A DNA stretch of 63,788 nucleotides, the filler included, from Stramenopiles sp. TOSAG23-2 (taxonomy: Eukaryota): NCBI GenBank assembly GCA_900128395.1. It is 9 parts of 9 records of this genome, joined end to end, with 100 filler letters (N's around TTAATTAATTAA, not from the genome) between each part and the next. Parts side by side here need not be neighbours in the genome. Positions count along the whole stretch, not along the records: positions 1 to 26,149 come from LT649441.1; 8 more parts are not named here. One strand, written 5' to 3'. This document shows, in pieces, positions 10,956-24,385 of the stretch; within the stretch, counting starts at the first letter, position 1, and every line of letters starts with the position of its first letter. The notes under the pieces are model-generated. The model saw nothing but the letters and a program-made list of their open reading frames with translations. It searched no databases and was not told where the DNA came from. Made by a program: the position numbers and the translations under genes.

Positions 10956-11636
10956 TTATTCCATCATTGCTTCTAACTCATTAAGCGCATCTTCTTCCTC
11001 TTGTTTTTTTTCTTTAATCTTATTTGTAGGTACTTTAGGTAATACAACAGGCATATTATCAACAATTTGATCCGCATCCGCTTGATTTAATTCATCCAAT
11101 TCAGCCAGCAATTCATCCTCATCGTCCATCTCGCCCATACCTTGTCCAAGCACTTCACTAAGTTCTGATGCGTTTTCAGTTTGTTCTTGTAATTCATCCA
11201 TCAATTCAGTGACATCGTCAACATCTGTATTTTTGTTAATATGTGCCATTGTATCCTTTGTAACTTTCATAGCATCAACAACATTTGCATTTGTTTGTGC
11301 ACCTTCCAATACAAAACCTTGTTGTTCCAAAGTAAATATTGTATTGGTATATTGATCTATTTGTTTCTCAAGCATTTTTTTTCGTTTCAAACATAGCATA
11401 GCCTTTTTTTTATTACCCGCTTTTAGCCATTTCTTTGCTTCCAAAACTTGTTTATCTTTTCTCTTATCTAACAATGCAATTTTTTTTTCCAACATAACAG
11501 CCGTTTTTTTATTCTTAGTTATAGCATTGACAACACGTCCATTTGGTTGAGCCCTACGTGGTGCTGGACCACCGCCGCCACCACCACCATTATTATTACC
11601 ACCATCACCACCACCTTTTGATGTTTTATTTCCCAT
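10956..11636 (-). CDS. SNF7: ESCRT-III Snf7-family protein (CHMP4/Vps32-like core)
   Basis: MLEKK...NKKKAMLCLKRKKMLEKQ...TLEQQ..VLEGAQTN...DVDDVTELMDELQEQ...DEDELLAELDEL, with C-terminal EEEDALNELEAMME. Confidence 0.88.
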   Translation of the reverse strand: MGNKTSKGGGDGGNNNGGGGGGGPAPRRAQPNGRVVNAITKNKKTAVMLEKKIALLDKRKDKQVLEAKKWLKAGNKKKAMLCLKRKKMLEKQIDQYTNTIFTLEQQGFVLEGAQTNANVVDAMKVTKDTMAHINKNTDVDDVTELMDELQEQTENASELSEVLGQGMGEMDDEDELLAELDELNQADADQIVDNMPVVLPKVPTNKIKEKKQEEEDALNELEAMME

Positions 11637-12242
11637 ATATATATATATACTATCCTGTTGTCTTTTTTTACGTCTTGTTTTCCTTTATATGAACTTTCTA
11701 ATGTTGGTAAATATATATATATATATATATAAATATATATTTAATATATATACTACAGTATATATTGTATTATTATGTGTTGTTGTGCCCACTATTACTA
11801 ATAGTGCACTACTAATATACAACAAAAAATATTGAAGAGCAAGAGGTGAGGAGGAGTGAACAAGATGAAAAGATGATATATCTATATATAGGTCCATAAA
11901 GGTATTAGACTACAATATGGTACAGTATGATACGTGTATTCGCCCATACTGAATGAAGTGATGGTTATTGGTTTTCAAAAAAACACACACGGCAGAGGCA
12001 GTTATTATTACTGTATTTGTTGTCGCTTTTTTTTTACCAAGTATATAGGCACATAGCTCTATTTTGAAAATAATAAATATTTACAGAAAAACGACATTTA
12101 AAAAAAATATGAGAGATAGATACATTCATGTAATACATCATACATTCAGAAATAAGAACAGTTGAAAACAAGTGACAAATACTACATAAAAATTACACTG
12201 AAAAGAATATATATATATACAAATACACACAGGGTTATAGTA

Positions 12243-15199
12243 ATGTCATCATCTAATAATTATCCACGCCCATCTGACCTTGCATCTGCATGGGAAAGAC
12301 GTGCAGCTAAAACACAACAAGAATTATTTAAAAAAAGACGTGAGGAACAACGTAGGCGACAAACGGAAAGAATTGCTAAAGCAAAGCGAGAGCAAGAACA
12401 GCAAGAAAATAGAATGGATCAAATGGCAGATGCACCTGTTATTGAAGAAGAAAAGGCGACAAACGGAAAGAATTGCTAAAGCAAAGCGAGAGCAAGAACA
12501 GCAAGAAAATAGAATGGATCAAATGGCAGATGCACCTGTTATTGAAGAAGAAAATAATTACTCAAAATCATCGTATTTTAAAGAAGAGAAGTCTTCAACA
12601 TACAAGAATGAAATCATTAACGAGTTTAAAACACCATCTCCAACAACAAAGACTTCTTCACTTAGCAATAATAATAATAATATAAATAATATTAAAGCTG
12701 AAAAAGAAAGGGCACAGAAATTATTACAACAATTTGCAAATGCAGCAACACCTTCTGCTGCCTTTTATGAAAACTCAAATATTTCGAGAGCACGATTAGA
12801 ATCACGACAAGAAGAAATTATCTTATCCCCATCTACAATCAAAAGTAGAGAAGAACGTCAACGTAAACGTAATAATCGCGAACCACTTGCTTCGTTATTA
12901 TCACCATTGTTTTCAAACGTTGATTATAATAAGAATGATAATAGCAAGAATGAAGAGGAAGATCATAAGGATACGGCTATATTGTCACAAGAAACGAAAG
13001 AAATAGAACAGAAAAGAAAAGCGAAACAAGAAAAACAAGAACAGGACGAGGAGGAAGAAGAAGTAGAAGATTTAACGGCACGTTGGGTAAAAAATCAACA
13101 AACTTACCATCAGCAACAACAAAAACAAAAACGAAAAAGAAACAGTGGTGGCAATTATTTACATATGGATACAATGTCTACAGCAGAGAAAATAAAACAT
13201 GGGGAAATAAAAAAACAATTAGTTGCCTTTGGTGTTAAAATATGCACGTTGGGTAAAAAATCAACAAACTTACCATCAGCAACAACAAAAACAAAAACAA
13301 AAAGAACAAATGGATGAGACAACTGATTCAACTTCTGGTAAAGTTTCAAGTTTTCTTAAATTATTGGATGAAACAGAAGCAGCTGATAAAAAGACGATGA
13401 CATCTACAATTTCGAATATATCTCCTACAAATTCTACATATTCACGAGCAGTAGTAAAAAGTATTATGGGTGATAATAATAGTAATTTCCATGGGGGGGA
13501 TGAACATGATGATGAATGGGAACGACAATCATCTATTTCAGCATATGCCCCATCGAATATTGCTGCATCCATTGCACCATCGAATCATACATACGCTTCG
13601 ACAGTACGTGCACGTGTTACTGGTTTAGCGATGGAAGTTGAAGATAAAACACGTACAGTTGTTTTAATGAAGAAAAAATTACATGCATCTCGTATTCAAG
13701 CAAGTGAGCGAGAGGAACAATTTAGTAAAGAGCAAGCTTTGAAAATCAAGGAAGTTCGTGGTGAATATGAAGAAACCATACAACGTCATTTAGCATTTAT
13801 CGATCGATTATTAGCTGATAAACAAGTATTATCCGAAAAGTGTGATTTATTAACACAAGAATTGAAACGCATGGAGAAAATGTTCAATGAATCCATGTCA
13901 GAAATGAAACGACGCCATGATTTAGAAATGAAGAAAGCGAAGGATGTCTGGCATGCATCTGAAAAGATTAAGCGTGAAAATTGGATGCAAGTTAAAACGA
14001 AAGAAATCAAAACGACAACGATAAAAGGTCTAGAACCGGAAGTTCAACGCATTTTGTCAAAGCATAAAAAAGAAATAAGGCGGATGGAAGATAAACATTT
14101 GGAACAACAAAGTAAAATGAAGCAAGAATTGACTGAAAAGCATGAGGAATCCGTACGTAGATTACGCGATAAAATGGAAGAAGATCGTGAAGATGTTGTT
14201 GCAAGTGAGCAGAGCAATTGGAGGGAGAAATTTCGCTCATTGACAAAGAAATGCGAAATCCGTGTTGAAGAGCTTCGTATAAAAATGGAAGATCGTGATG
14301 AAAGGCAACGACAACGATTTGAGGAGGAGAGGGAGCAACAAAATCAACAATACAATGTTGTAATGAAAAGGATACAAGAGGAACATTTGCAAAAGATTAA
14401 TGATATAGAACAACGCCATCAACGCGTGTTGGAGGAGATACACACAAAGCAAGACGCACGATTAACAGTTGAATCTGCTAGAATGGTTGAATCTAGGAAA
14501 GAATGGCAGGAAATACAATTAGAAAAAATGAAATTGCAAAGTAAGGAGAAAGAAAAAGAATTCCGTGACAAATTGAGACGTGAACGGGATCGACAAATTG
14601 ATGAAATTATTGAAAAATTAGATGAAGAAAACACTGATTCGCAAATGAAAATTAAAGATGAATATGAAAAACGCATTCGCAATCTAGAAGATCGATTTAA
14701 ACGTAGCCAAAATGATCATATGAAAATGTTAAGCGAGGAAAGACAACGTTCGGAAAGGATTTTAAAACAATCACAAAATACTAAACATGAAATTAATAAT
14801 TATGAAGATACCATTCAAACATTACAAGAGCAACTTGCTAATATTAAAGCACAAAATACAAAATATGTAAATGAAATCGATGATAAAGAAATGCTCCTAC
14901 GCCGTGAATATGCTAATAAACGAAGCGAAGATTTAAGAACTATTGATTCTTTAAAAGCTAAATTAGTCCGTTTAGAGGATCGTGAGAGTGAAAATGATAA
15001 TGAAATGAAACGTAGAATCAATTTGGAAAGAAAGAAAAACGAGGAAGAATTGGATAGTTTGCATGAACGGGTGAAAGAAACCATTAGTAGAAAAGATAGC
15101 ATGATTGCCATGTTGAAAGAACAAGTATTAGAAGGGGAAATGAGAGCAAAAACTGCAGAAATGTTATTGGAGAAACAACGAGTAGAGTTACTTGGATAA
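12243..15199 (+). CDS. CEP131: Centrosomal protein CEP131/AZI1 homolog (frame broken by duplications at ~12454 and ~13127-13298)
   Basis: YEETIQRHLAFIDRLLADKQVLSEKC and EKIKRENWMQVKTKEIKTTTIKGLEPEVQRILSKHKKEI match the CEP131 core, with C-terminal LLEKQRVELL. Three ORF pieces join when the duplicated segments are removed. Confidence 0.88.
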
Positions 15200-15627
15200 A
15201 ACTTTAATTTATAATAAATATAATATCAGTATACAGTGTACATACAACCATGTGATCTACTGTATAAGTACTAGTACAAAGTGTACAAATGCCTTCTGGC
15301 CTTCCTAGGAGTCCTAGCAGGATGCTGGGAAGGTGCGGTCAAGCGGTCAAGAACTGTAGTGTTTTATATCATCTATCCTATCAAATCAGAAGAAAGGCTA
15401 TAAAATAGTGCAATAAATTAATGTAATTCCAAGTTCTTAGAATTTGCTGTGCTGATGTGACTACAAGCATATAAATTGAATGAACAAATATGTCTAATTC
15501 TACTTTAATGAATGTTAATAACTAGATATATGCATATAGACGACTATGTAATATGAATATGTATATTATTATACGTAAACAAATATATGTGTACGTGTTG
15601 TAATTTAAAATAAACTATCATCAAATA

Positions 15628-16661
15628 ATGGCACATAACTATTCATTTAATAAATTTTATTTTTGTTTTTTTGGTATTATTATACATCAATTATTATTAT
15701 TATTACATGCGGTTTTTGCAACCAATAATACTAAATTATCATCGTGTGTTATTCCTCCTCCATCAATTGAAGCACCAATATCCTCGATTCAAGCAGCAAC
15801 ATTTAAAAATATTGGAACGGAGCTATTTGGCATTGCAAATGTAAAACAATGTGAAGTGCGTACATCGCCAAATTGCTTATTTCCGCAATGGGATCCGAAG
15901 TTACATAAATGGGACGAAGGTGGTTTTTGTATGGAAGAGACTTTGACTGGCGGCGCATGCATTGGTGATATTGATGGGAATGGCTTCGATGACATTTACT
16001 ATGCTAGACTTGATGGGGCAGATAGATTATATTTAAACAATGGACGTGGAAAATTTATTGATGCTACAGCTTCAGCTGGTTTAGATCGACCACATTTAAA
16101 ATCAAATGGCTGTTATATATTTGATATAGACATTGGAACAAGTGTTTTCTTGCAGTTAAATGAAGATGATGAAACCGAACAGATTCGAGAAATCGGTAGC
16201 GCGGCTGCATCATTGGAACAAGTGTTTTCTTGCAGTTAAATGAAGATGATGAAACCGAACAGATTCGAGAAATCGGTAGCGCGGCTGCATTTTTAGGGCA
16301 AGGCGAAAATGTAGCACATTTTGGGCTAGGATTACGTGGCATAGATGAGCATATTTACAGAATTAGAGTCCAATACTTTACATTATCAGAAGACATAAGT
16401 GTCAATTCATCTTTCGATCAAGTAAATTCTTCTGCTACAAAACATAATTTAGAATTTTATAATATCCAACCTCGATCAACGTTAATTGTATATAAAACAG
16501 ATACTATCGAAATGGTTCAACAAAATAACGATGTAAGCAATAGAAAGAAATTTCCAATATGTGAAGATGTTTTACATAAGATGGAAAGTACGTCGGTTTT
16601 GTTGGAAGAAGCAAAACGTGCTCGTGTAACTAAAAAAATAGGATTTAAAAATGCATTATAA
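15628..16661 (+). CDS. Secreted CRTAC1-like FG-GAP/ASPIC-UnbV protein, apparently internally truncated and frameshifted
   Basis: Signal peptide. GGACIGDIDGNGFDDIY and LYLNNGRGKFIDATASAGL (FG-GAP). QIREIGSAAAFLGQGENVAHFGLG (ASPIC/UnbV). An exact 80-bp duplication (16131/16211) shifts the frame. Confidence 0.7.
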
Positions 16662-17456
16662 AAATTTATTTTCGAAAAAATTTAATAAAATGGAATATGA
16701 GAAAATATAAAATAAAACGGTACACTATTGTATTTTTTAAAGTAAAAATGAACTAATAAAATCTCATAAATTACATATATATACTTATACTTATTAGTAT
16801 ACCAAAATAAATTGAAATAAAAATGTTATATAAAAAAAGGTGTTTTTGGTTTTTGGTTTTTGGCGTCGTCAAAATCTCATAAATTACATATATATACTTA
16901 TACTTATTAGTATACCAAAATAAATTGAAATAAAAATGTTATATAAAAAAAGGTGTTTTTGGTTTTTGGTTTTTGGTGTCGTCCGCTATAAGTAGAATAA
17001 GGCTATAAGGTTTTCGGCTGATTTTTGAGAACGGCAATATACTATACTAAATAGTATAAAAAACTACAGAGTTTTTCTCTCTCGCGCTCAAGTTTTTAAC
17101 TGTTAAAGAAGTTACTATTACCAGGCCTGTATTTTGTTATTATTAATTATTACCGTATTATAAAAAAATAGAATAGCTAATTATAATGACACAGTACACA
17201 ACAATTGTTTTCCATCATTATTATTCTCCATATAAATAATATAATAATGTGTTGTTTTGTTATAAAATATATATACACTATGATTACAATATGAATGTGT
17301 ATAACGTATGTACGTCGATCAGTTGTTATTTAATAAAAGTCAATTGCATCTATAAAAGTAGACTTCTTGAGGTCGAATTTACATCTGGTTTCTTTCCACT
17401 CGTATATCAATACTCATTCTATCTCCTATTTCCGTGACAAGTCTTTTTTGTAAATA

Positions 17457-20400
17457 ATGTCCATCAAGTCACTGTATTCCAACGAGGAGGAGGAGTGGAA
17501 AAATACAGAAGAATATGATATTACTCGTTTGCACGACGCGAATCCGACTCATTTATCTACCAAAAATAATGAGGGGCAGCTGCCAATACATTGTGCAATA
17601 GCAGCTGCAGATATTTCTGTCATCAAGAAGATGCACGAATTGAACGAAGATGGTGTTTCTGTAAAAGAAGGTCATTTGAGTTGGACTGCTTTACATTTAG
17701 CAGTTTATTTAGGAAGAGACGATTTAGTACCATTTTTAATAAGTGTTTATTCTCCTGCAGCAAAGTTATCAGATTCTGAAGGACAATTGCCTATTGACAT
17801 AGCGAAGGCAACAGATGACGACACAAATGAAGTGAAACAAAGCAAAAAAAAGATACTACGAATGTTAGAAAATCTTGACGATACTATAAAGGAGTACAAA
17901 AAAAACAAATGAAGTGAAACAAAGCAAAAAAAAGATACTACGAATGTTAGAAAATCTTGACGATACTATAAAGGAGTACAAAAAAAATAGCTCGTCTGAG
18001 ACAGCTACTGGTAGGAAAGATGATAAAGGGAGTAGTGTAAATACCACAATGACAGGCCATACTGTCTTGGAAGATGGTCGTATAATGACTCAGGATGGAA
18101 AAATAAAAAGGAAAGTACGCAGTGACGATAAAAGTACAATTATATGTTTTGTCTCTCATCCCTCTGCAAGTCATCACGCGTATGAAATTGTACAAGGATT
18201 AATGGATAAATATGAATATACGTCGCACAAAATTAAACTTATATTAGAAAAGAAACGTGAAAATTTATCCAATGAGTCAAAAGAAAAAATGTTAACAAAG
18301 GAATTAATAGACGATGATGAAATGATAGAAATAATAAAACGATATATAAAAAAAAAGATAAACTTGCCAGGTGGTATAATACATGGTTTTCCACTTACAG
18401 AAAATCAATATAATGCATCTATAGACAAAAGCAAAAAAATTATTCCCTCGTATATTATATTATTAGATGAACCGGGGGGTGAAGAGGATGTAGAAGATGA
18501 GGAAATTATATCGAAAATAGAAAGGTTCCATTTAATTAAAGACATAGTACGTGGACGTGCAGATGAATTAGAAAGTTTAAACATAAAAACAAAATCTTTA
18601 TATATAAATGGTACAGATCGTAAAGCAGATGAAATACTGAAAGACATTATTGATAAAGTAGGAGCAACTCGTGCTGAAAAAGTGGCAGCTGAAAAATTAC
18701 AGGCCAATGCACGGGGTTTTATGGCCAGAAAATCATTAGTGCGAAGTAGATTCTTGCTAGTTAAATGTCAAGCTAGATGGAGAGGTATTATGGTACGAAA
18801 AAGAGCTTCACTGGCAAAAGAACTGAAAGAAAAACATGATGAACATGGCTTTTTTGATGCGTGGGTGACTGCATTTGATGAAAGCAACAAGTCATTTAAA
18901 AAAATAAAAAGTGTCTTCCGCAGAAACCGAAATATACAATTGCAAACTCTATATGACAAATGGTTAAAATTAGATGACAAAAACAATGTTGAATTAGAAA
19001 CATTTTTAAGAGTCATTTCAGATTCCGATGATTGGGAAAAATATGTTGTTCCTAAATTTAAGCGAAAGGATAAAAAAGATCAAATTATTTTAAATTTTAC
19101 AGAAATGATCGAATTTGTAAATGAACACGGAGCACATGTTCATGAGTCAAGGTTAGAAGAAACGCATAGATTGCGGGATCGTGTCATGTTGTTAGAATTT
19201 GCTGCGCGAAAAAATGAATTTGAAGATATTTTTAAAAAAAATGCAAATGAAAATGGGGAAATTACTATTGCTGAGTTTCACAACATATTCCTCGAAACGT
19301 CCAAAGCTTGGGGGTACGATGGCGACGCACTAGAAGTAGACTCCGCTGAGGAAAAAGAAATTTTTAAGTCCATAAAAGTTAAAACACCAGGGCATGTGAC
19401 ATGGGATGAATTTCATACGCACATGGATGATTTAGCGCACGGTGATACAAGGAAATTTGTAAATAAAATTGTAGATAAATCCAATGAGTTAGATAAAGAA
19501 TTGCGAAAGCATCGTGCAAGGAAACATCGTAAAGTAATCGATACTAATTTTGAATACGAGACAGAATCCGATGATGATGATGATGATGTTAATAGTGATA
19601 CAGATGTTAATAGTGATACAGGAGATGACAAAATGGGCAAATTTGCATCTCCATATAAACGAAAGGAAATAGCAAATAGGAACAGCCCAAAAAACAAAAT
19701 AAGCAGAAGTCCAGGTAGCCCGGTTAACGAAGCGTATGTTGTAGACCAATCAAAAGTTCCAGATAAGAAAAAAATGTTAATTCGTATATTCAAGAAATAT
19801 CGCCAAGGCTTACATCGTTTATTCCAATTTTATTCTAAAGCAAATATGGGTGAATTTCATGGACGATCATTCGAACAAATAAGTAAAGAACATAGTGGTG
19901 TCAATTTAACCATGTTTCGTTTAATGGTAAAAGATTTGGGTTTAATTACTGAAAAAAGACTGAAATATAAAATAGAAGCTGCACGACGTCGGTTTGAACG
20001 TGAAGGCAAAATAGGAGATATGCCATTTGAAGATTATGCTAACGAAGTAAGACCGTATACAACTAAAGAAGTCGTTGATAAATGTTTTCGTTACAATTCA
20101 ACTTTATTAAAATGTGTTTCATCCGTTTCGCAAGGAAAGGGTATTTTATCGAAACCTCAATTTACAATGGCGCTCGGGAAAGTAGCTGTGGAATTGTTAG
20201 GCAATTTCCCATGGAAAGAACGTTATCCAGAAGCGTGGAGGCGTGTTGATGCTGTGTTTGGACGTTTGGATTTAAACAACTTGTCTGAATTAAATAAAAG
20301 ATTAAGAGGCAAAGGTGGTTTTTGTATTGGTGATGGGGACATAAGTGGGCATACAGGTAGTATGCCTACTACACAAAAACTAACACTTTCGTATCCATTG

Positions 20401-21570
20401 CGTCTACCAGGTGATCCACCAACACCACCGCCAACAAGCCCACGGAAGCCTAAGTTTAAAAATAGGTCCAATAAACCAACTAGAAGCTTTGTAAAAGCCG
20501 ATATAGATAAACGTAACGGGGAATTGTTATTTGGTAATGGTGCGCTAACAAGCCAACAAAATCGTAACAACATGATGACAATCTCTTTGGCTACTCAATT
20601 TGGAATTGATGATACAATAAATGATTTTGGCAATCCTTATGATTCATCCTATGGATATGATCAAGCAGAGAATAACGTATTGAATACTTTAAATTTATCA
20701 TATGGCGTTGAACAAGATCGCGCAAATATGAATAATAATGATTATTCGGTTTACAATAATAATGATGCTAATAAAATGGGAAGAGGAAGGGGGTTGCAAA
20801 TTGAAACAAAAGTAAATGCTGATTATAAGTACGACGGTTTAGCGCCACCACCATCATCACCATATTTGCAAGATGTTATACAAAGTACAGGCGGTAGTGG
20901 AAAACCATATGTTGGGCAAACGTATCAAAACATTTCAAAAGGTGGTGAATTTGACCCATATTCTTCGTACAATAGTAATAGTAGGTCTACAAATTATTCT
21001 AAAAATGCTTTTAAAAGTGATAATAAATTTGTTGATGGTGTTAGTAAAGTAGTTGTTGGTAAATTTGATGATGACCATATGTGGTCGATGTCATGGAATG
21101 AATTGGAGAGTGATTTTGAGCCAACGCGTGCTATGCCTTATAATGAAAGATCGCATATACGAAGAAGAGAAAAGGAGCGAGCAAATTTTGAACGTATAAA
21201 GTTGAAACAACCACCCCAAAATTCAAAGCGTAGAAATACAAATCGCAAATCACCATTGGCAAAACGTACAACTATTCCAAATTATAATAGAAGCAATCGT
21301 AATAGTATTACAAATTTGAATCATAATTCTAATAATGTACCAAAATATCGCATGAAAAATACAGGCATTTCAGACTTATCGAGTAGTATTCCAAGGAGTA
21401 GTAGAACTCCTGGTAGACACATATCACGTGAACAATTTAATTCAATGAAAAGTCCACGTAGAGGTCGTAGAAGAGGTATAGGGCATGGTAGAAGTACATT
21501 TGCTGGAAGAGATAGTGTCGCAAGCCCAGATAGATCACAAAGAGGACTAAGGGGTATGAAAAAATATTAA
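17457..21570 (+). CDS. Ankyrin + degenerate adenylate-kinase-like + IQ + EF-hand-like protein (frame split by an 82-bp duplication at ~17905)
   Basis: Ankyrins GQLPIHCAI, WTALHLAV, GQLPIDIA. ADK-like LIDDDEMIEII...GIIHGFPLTENQ...PSYIILLD. IQ motifs LQANARGFMARK and CQARWRGIMVRK. EF-like NENGEITIAEF and PGHVTWDEF. Confidence 0.75.
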
Positions 21571-21814
21571 ATATATGGAGTGTGTGTAGAGTATATATAT
21601 ATTAAATAAAATTTTTAATTTATGAATAAGAGAATTTTTTATATACATCATGTAAGGAGATTTGTACGAAACAACCATCATCTTTTTTAATATACGAATC
21701 ACTGTAAACAAATAATTAAATTATAATTTCCTCGCCCCTTCAAAATCAAAACTATCATCAAATGTATAATACACACTAAAATATAATTTTTACGTTCTCT
21801 CTCGTGTATAACTT

Positions 21815-22533
21815 TCATATTTTAACACCAAAGGCAACTAATTGTTTTTTTATTTCCCCATGTTTTATTTTCTCTGCTGTAGACATTGTATCCATATGTA
21901 AATAATTGCCACCACTGTTTCTTTTTCGTTTTTTTTTGTTTTTTTTGTGTAGACATTGTATCCATATGTAAATAATTGCCACCACTGTTTCTTTTTCGTT
22001 TTTTTTTGTTTTTTTTGTTATTAGTAGTATCATTATTCATCATATTTGTTATGTTTGCACTTGTATCATGCGCATCATCATCGTAACAAATGATACCTGA
22101 ACTATATTGTGGCATATATGCAATTCTAAAATCATTTGTAGTATTTGGAACACTGCAATGCCATACATCATTTGATAAGATGCATACATCGCCTTTATTT
22201 AATAATATTGGTTTGAAATATTTATCTTTGAAATTATTGTTATCATTGTCAAAAAGATTTCCATCTTCGTCATCATCATTTTTATTTTTTGGAGTTGATT
22301 TTAATAATTCATTTAATGTTACATTATATATGTTTAATTTATTCTTTTTTTGCTTAAATTCATCTTCTAAATATTTTGGTAATATAAATAAACATCCATT
22401 TTTTAATGTCATATCATTCAATGCAATCCAAACCGATACATATGGATACATTGTTTTTTTGCATTTATGTTTTAAGCTATCATAATCACGATGCCATTGA
22501 AATGCAGTAGTTTTTTCATTGTTGTTGTTGTTG

Positions 22534-22573
<40 letters not shown>

Positions 22574-23105
22574 ATGGTGGTTTTACTATATATTGTTCAT
22601 TCAATAGATATATATCTTCGCCTAAAATTCTTGTTAAAATGGTCTTTAATTTTTGATTGAACAAGACACTATCAATAATTACTTCCTTATCATACATGTT
22701 TGATATTTGCTCTTTATTTTTTTGAACAATATCAGAAGTTACCGATGTTGAAGTCTCTAATCTAGCTTTTTTATATTTATATTTATTCAATTTTATTTCA
22801 TTATTTAAATTATAATTATTAATATATTGACCATTCATTGGTTCCAGTATACAAGAAGATACTGTACTGTCATCCACACCATTTATTAGATCATTCTCTT
22901 CTTTTTTTTTATTGAATAAATCTAAACTTTCACGCTTTAATATTTCTATCAAATTCATTTGTTCTTTATTCTTTGTTGAATTTACAATATCATTATGTGT
23001 AAAAAAATTTTCAATAATAACATATCCATCGTTTGAAAAATCCTCAATGACACTTGAATAATCAACATGATCATCATTATTATCTTTTTCAATTGTTTCT
23101 GCCAT
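21815..23105 (-). CDS. Phytanoyl-CoA dioxygenase (PhyH)-family Fe(II)/2OG oxygenase
   Basis: DGYVIIENFF, EQYIVKPP, FQWHRD (HxD), VSVWIALNDMTLKNGCL, WHCS.PN...FR. The C-terminus carries a 70-bp duplication, and the likely true end is ...QLVAFGVKI* at 21815. Confidence 0.85.
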
Positions 23106-24385
23106 AACGTATCTTGTGTTTTTGTTTTTCAGTTTTTTGTGGTTATCTTTATATATTTGAATTATTTACCATGTGCTAGTATAATTGTTTTGTATGGTAT
23201 ATACCGTATCATATGCACATATCCTTGCTTCTTCTTCGAAATCACTCAGTCAACTTTTCACTGCAACTTATTGAATAATAATAATTTTGTATTTGAAAAA
23301 TTGTATGTACATTACACATATCTCCTCTGGTTTCCAGAGTAGTCGTCTAGCTGGCTAGACTACCAGCCCAGCCAGCAGACCAGCAGACCTTGACCTATGA
23401 TATAAATAGGACTTAATGTTATTTATATGCTAATCTATAAAATCGTAGGAATGACAATCGCACGTTAGTGCGTTAGCAATAAAAATACTATTCTAACTAA
23501 TACAGTATATGCTATTAATATGTCATATGTCAAAATTCTAATTCTGCTATAATATTGCATGCCGGGCATGCTAAGGCTTGCCAGGCGGCTTGCTATGTAC
23601 TGTACATCTATATCCTGTGGCCTTCCGAATCATATTTTATATTTTCCCTCAAAGGTCAAAGGTGTTAGACACGATATTTTCATTATTACAGTAATAATCC
23701 TGTGTATCCCTGTGGTATCCTCCAGCTGTAGTAATAATATTGTGGATTTAGATTGTTGCGATTGCCAGGATTGTGGAGGAAATATGATACTTTAGCTAGC
23801 ATGTAAATAGTACTGTAATATTGAAAAGAAAGATGACATCATCAAATATCTCAGCATTTGTCGTCATCAAACAATACTCATCAATACAATACTATTGCAC
23901 TGTAACTGTCGTCTACTCATATGATTATAGATAGATATATTGTTTATATTCACTTTTAAGAAAGGGGAGAGAGATATACGACAAAAGAAAGAAATACAAG
24001 AACATTCACATTATCTAAATATTATAGATATACATATATTATACACGTCTCTAAGATATATATATAAAAAAAAAACACACACACCTTTTTACTTGTAATA
24101 GTATAGTGAAAGTATTGTTGATAGTGAACAAATTTGAGATTATTATATATACAGCAGTACTAAGATAACAAATTAGCATAGGTTGATATATAGAATATAT
24201 CAAACATAAATATATATAGATTATATATAGATACATCATATTACATATATACTTGGAGGTTGGAAAACTTATATACATATATCTGTATATAGTAAACAAC
24301 TATAATTTCAATTTGTACAAAGCATTTTGCAATTAAAACAAAGTCAGATATCAACAATATAAAAATACTTCAATAAAATAGAAAA

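Noticed and set aside
16840..16980. (TTTTTGG)n as telomeric repeat
   Set aside because: Only three units, internal to a contig and within a duplicated block.
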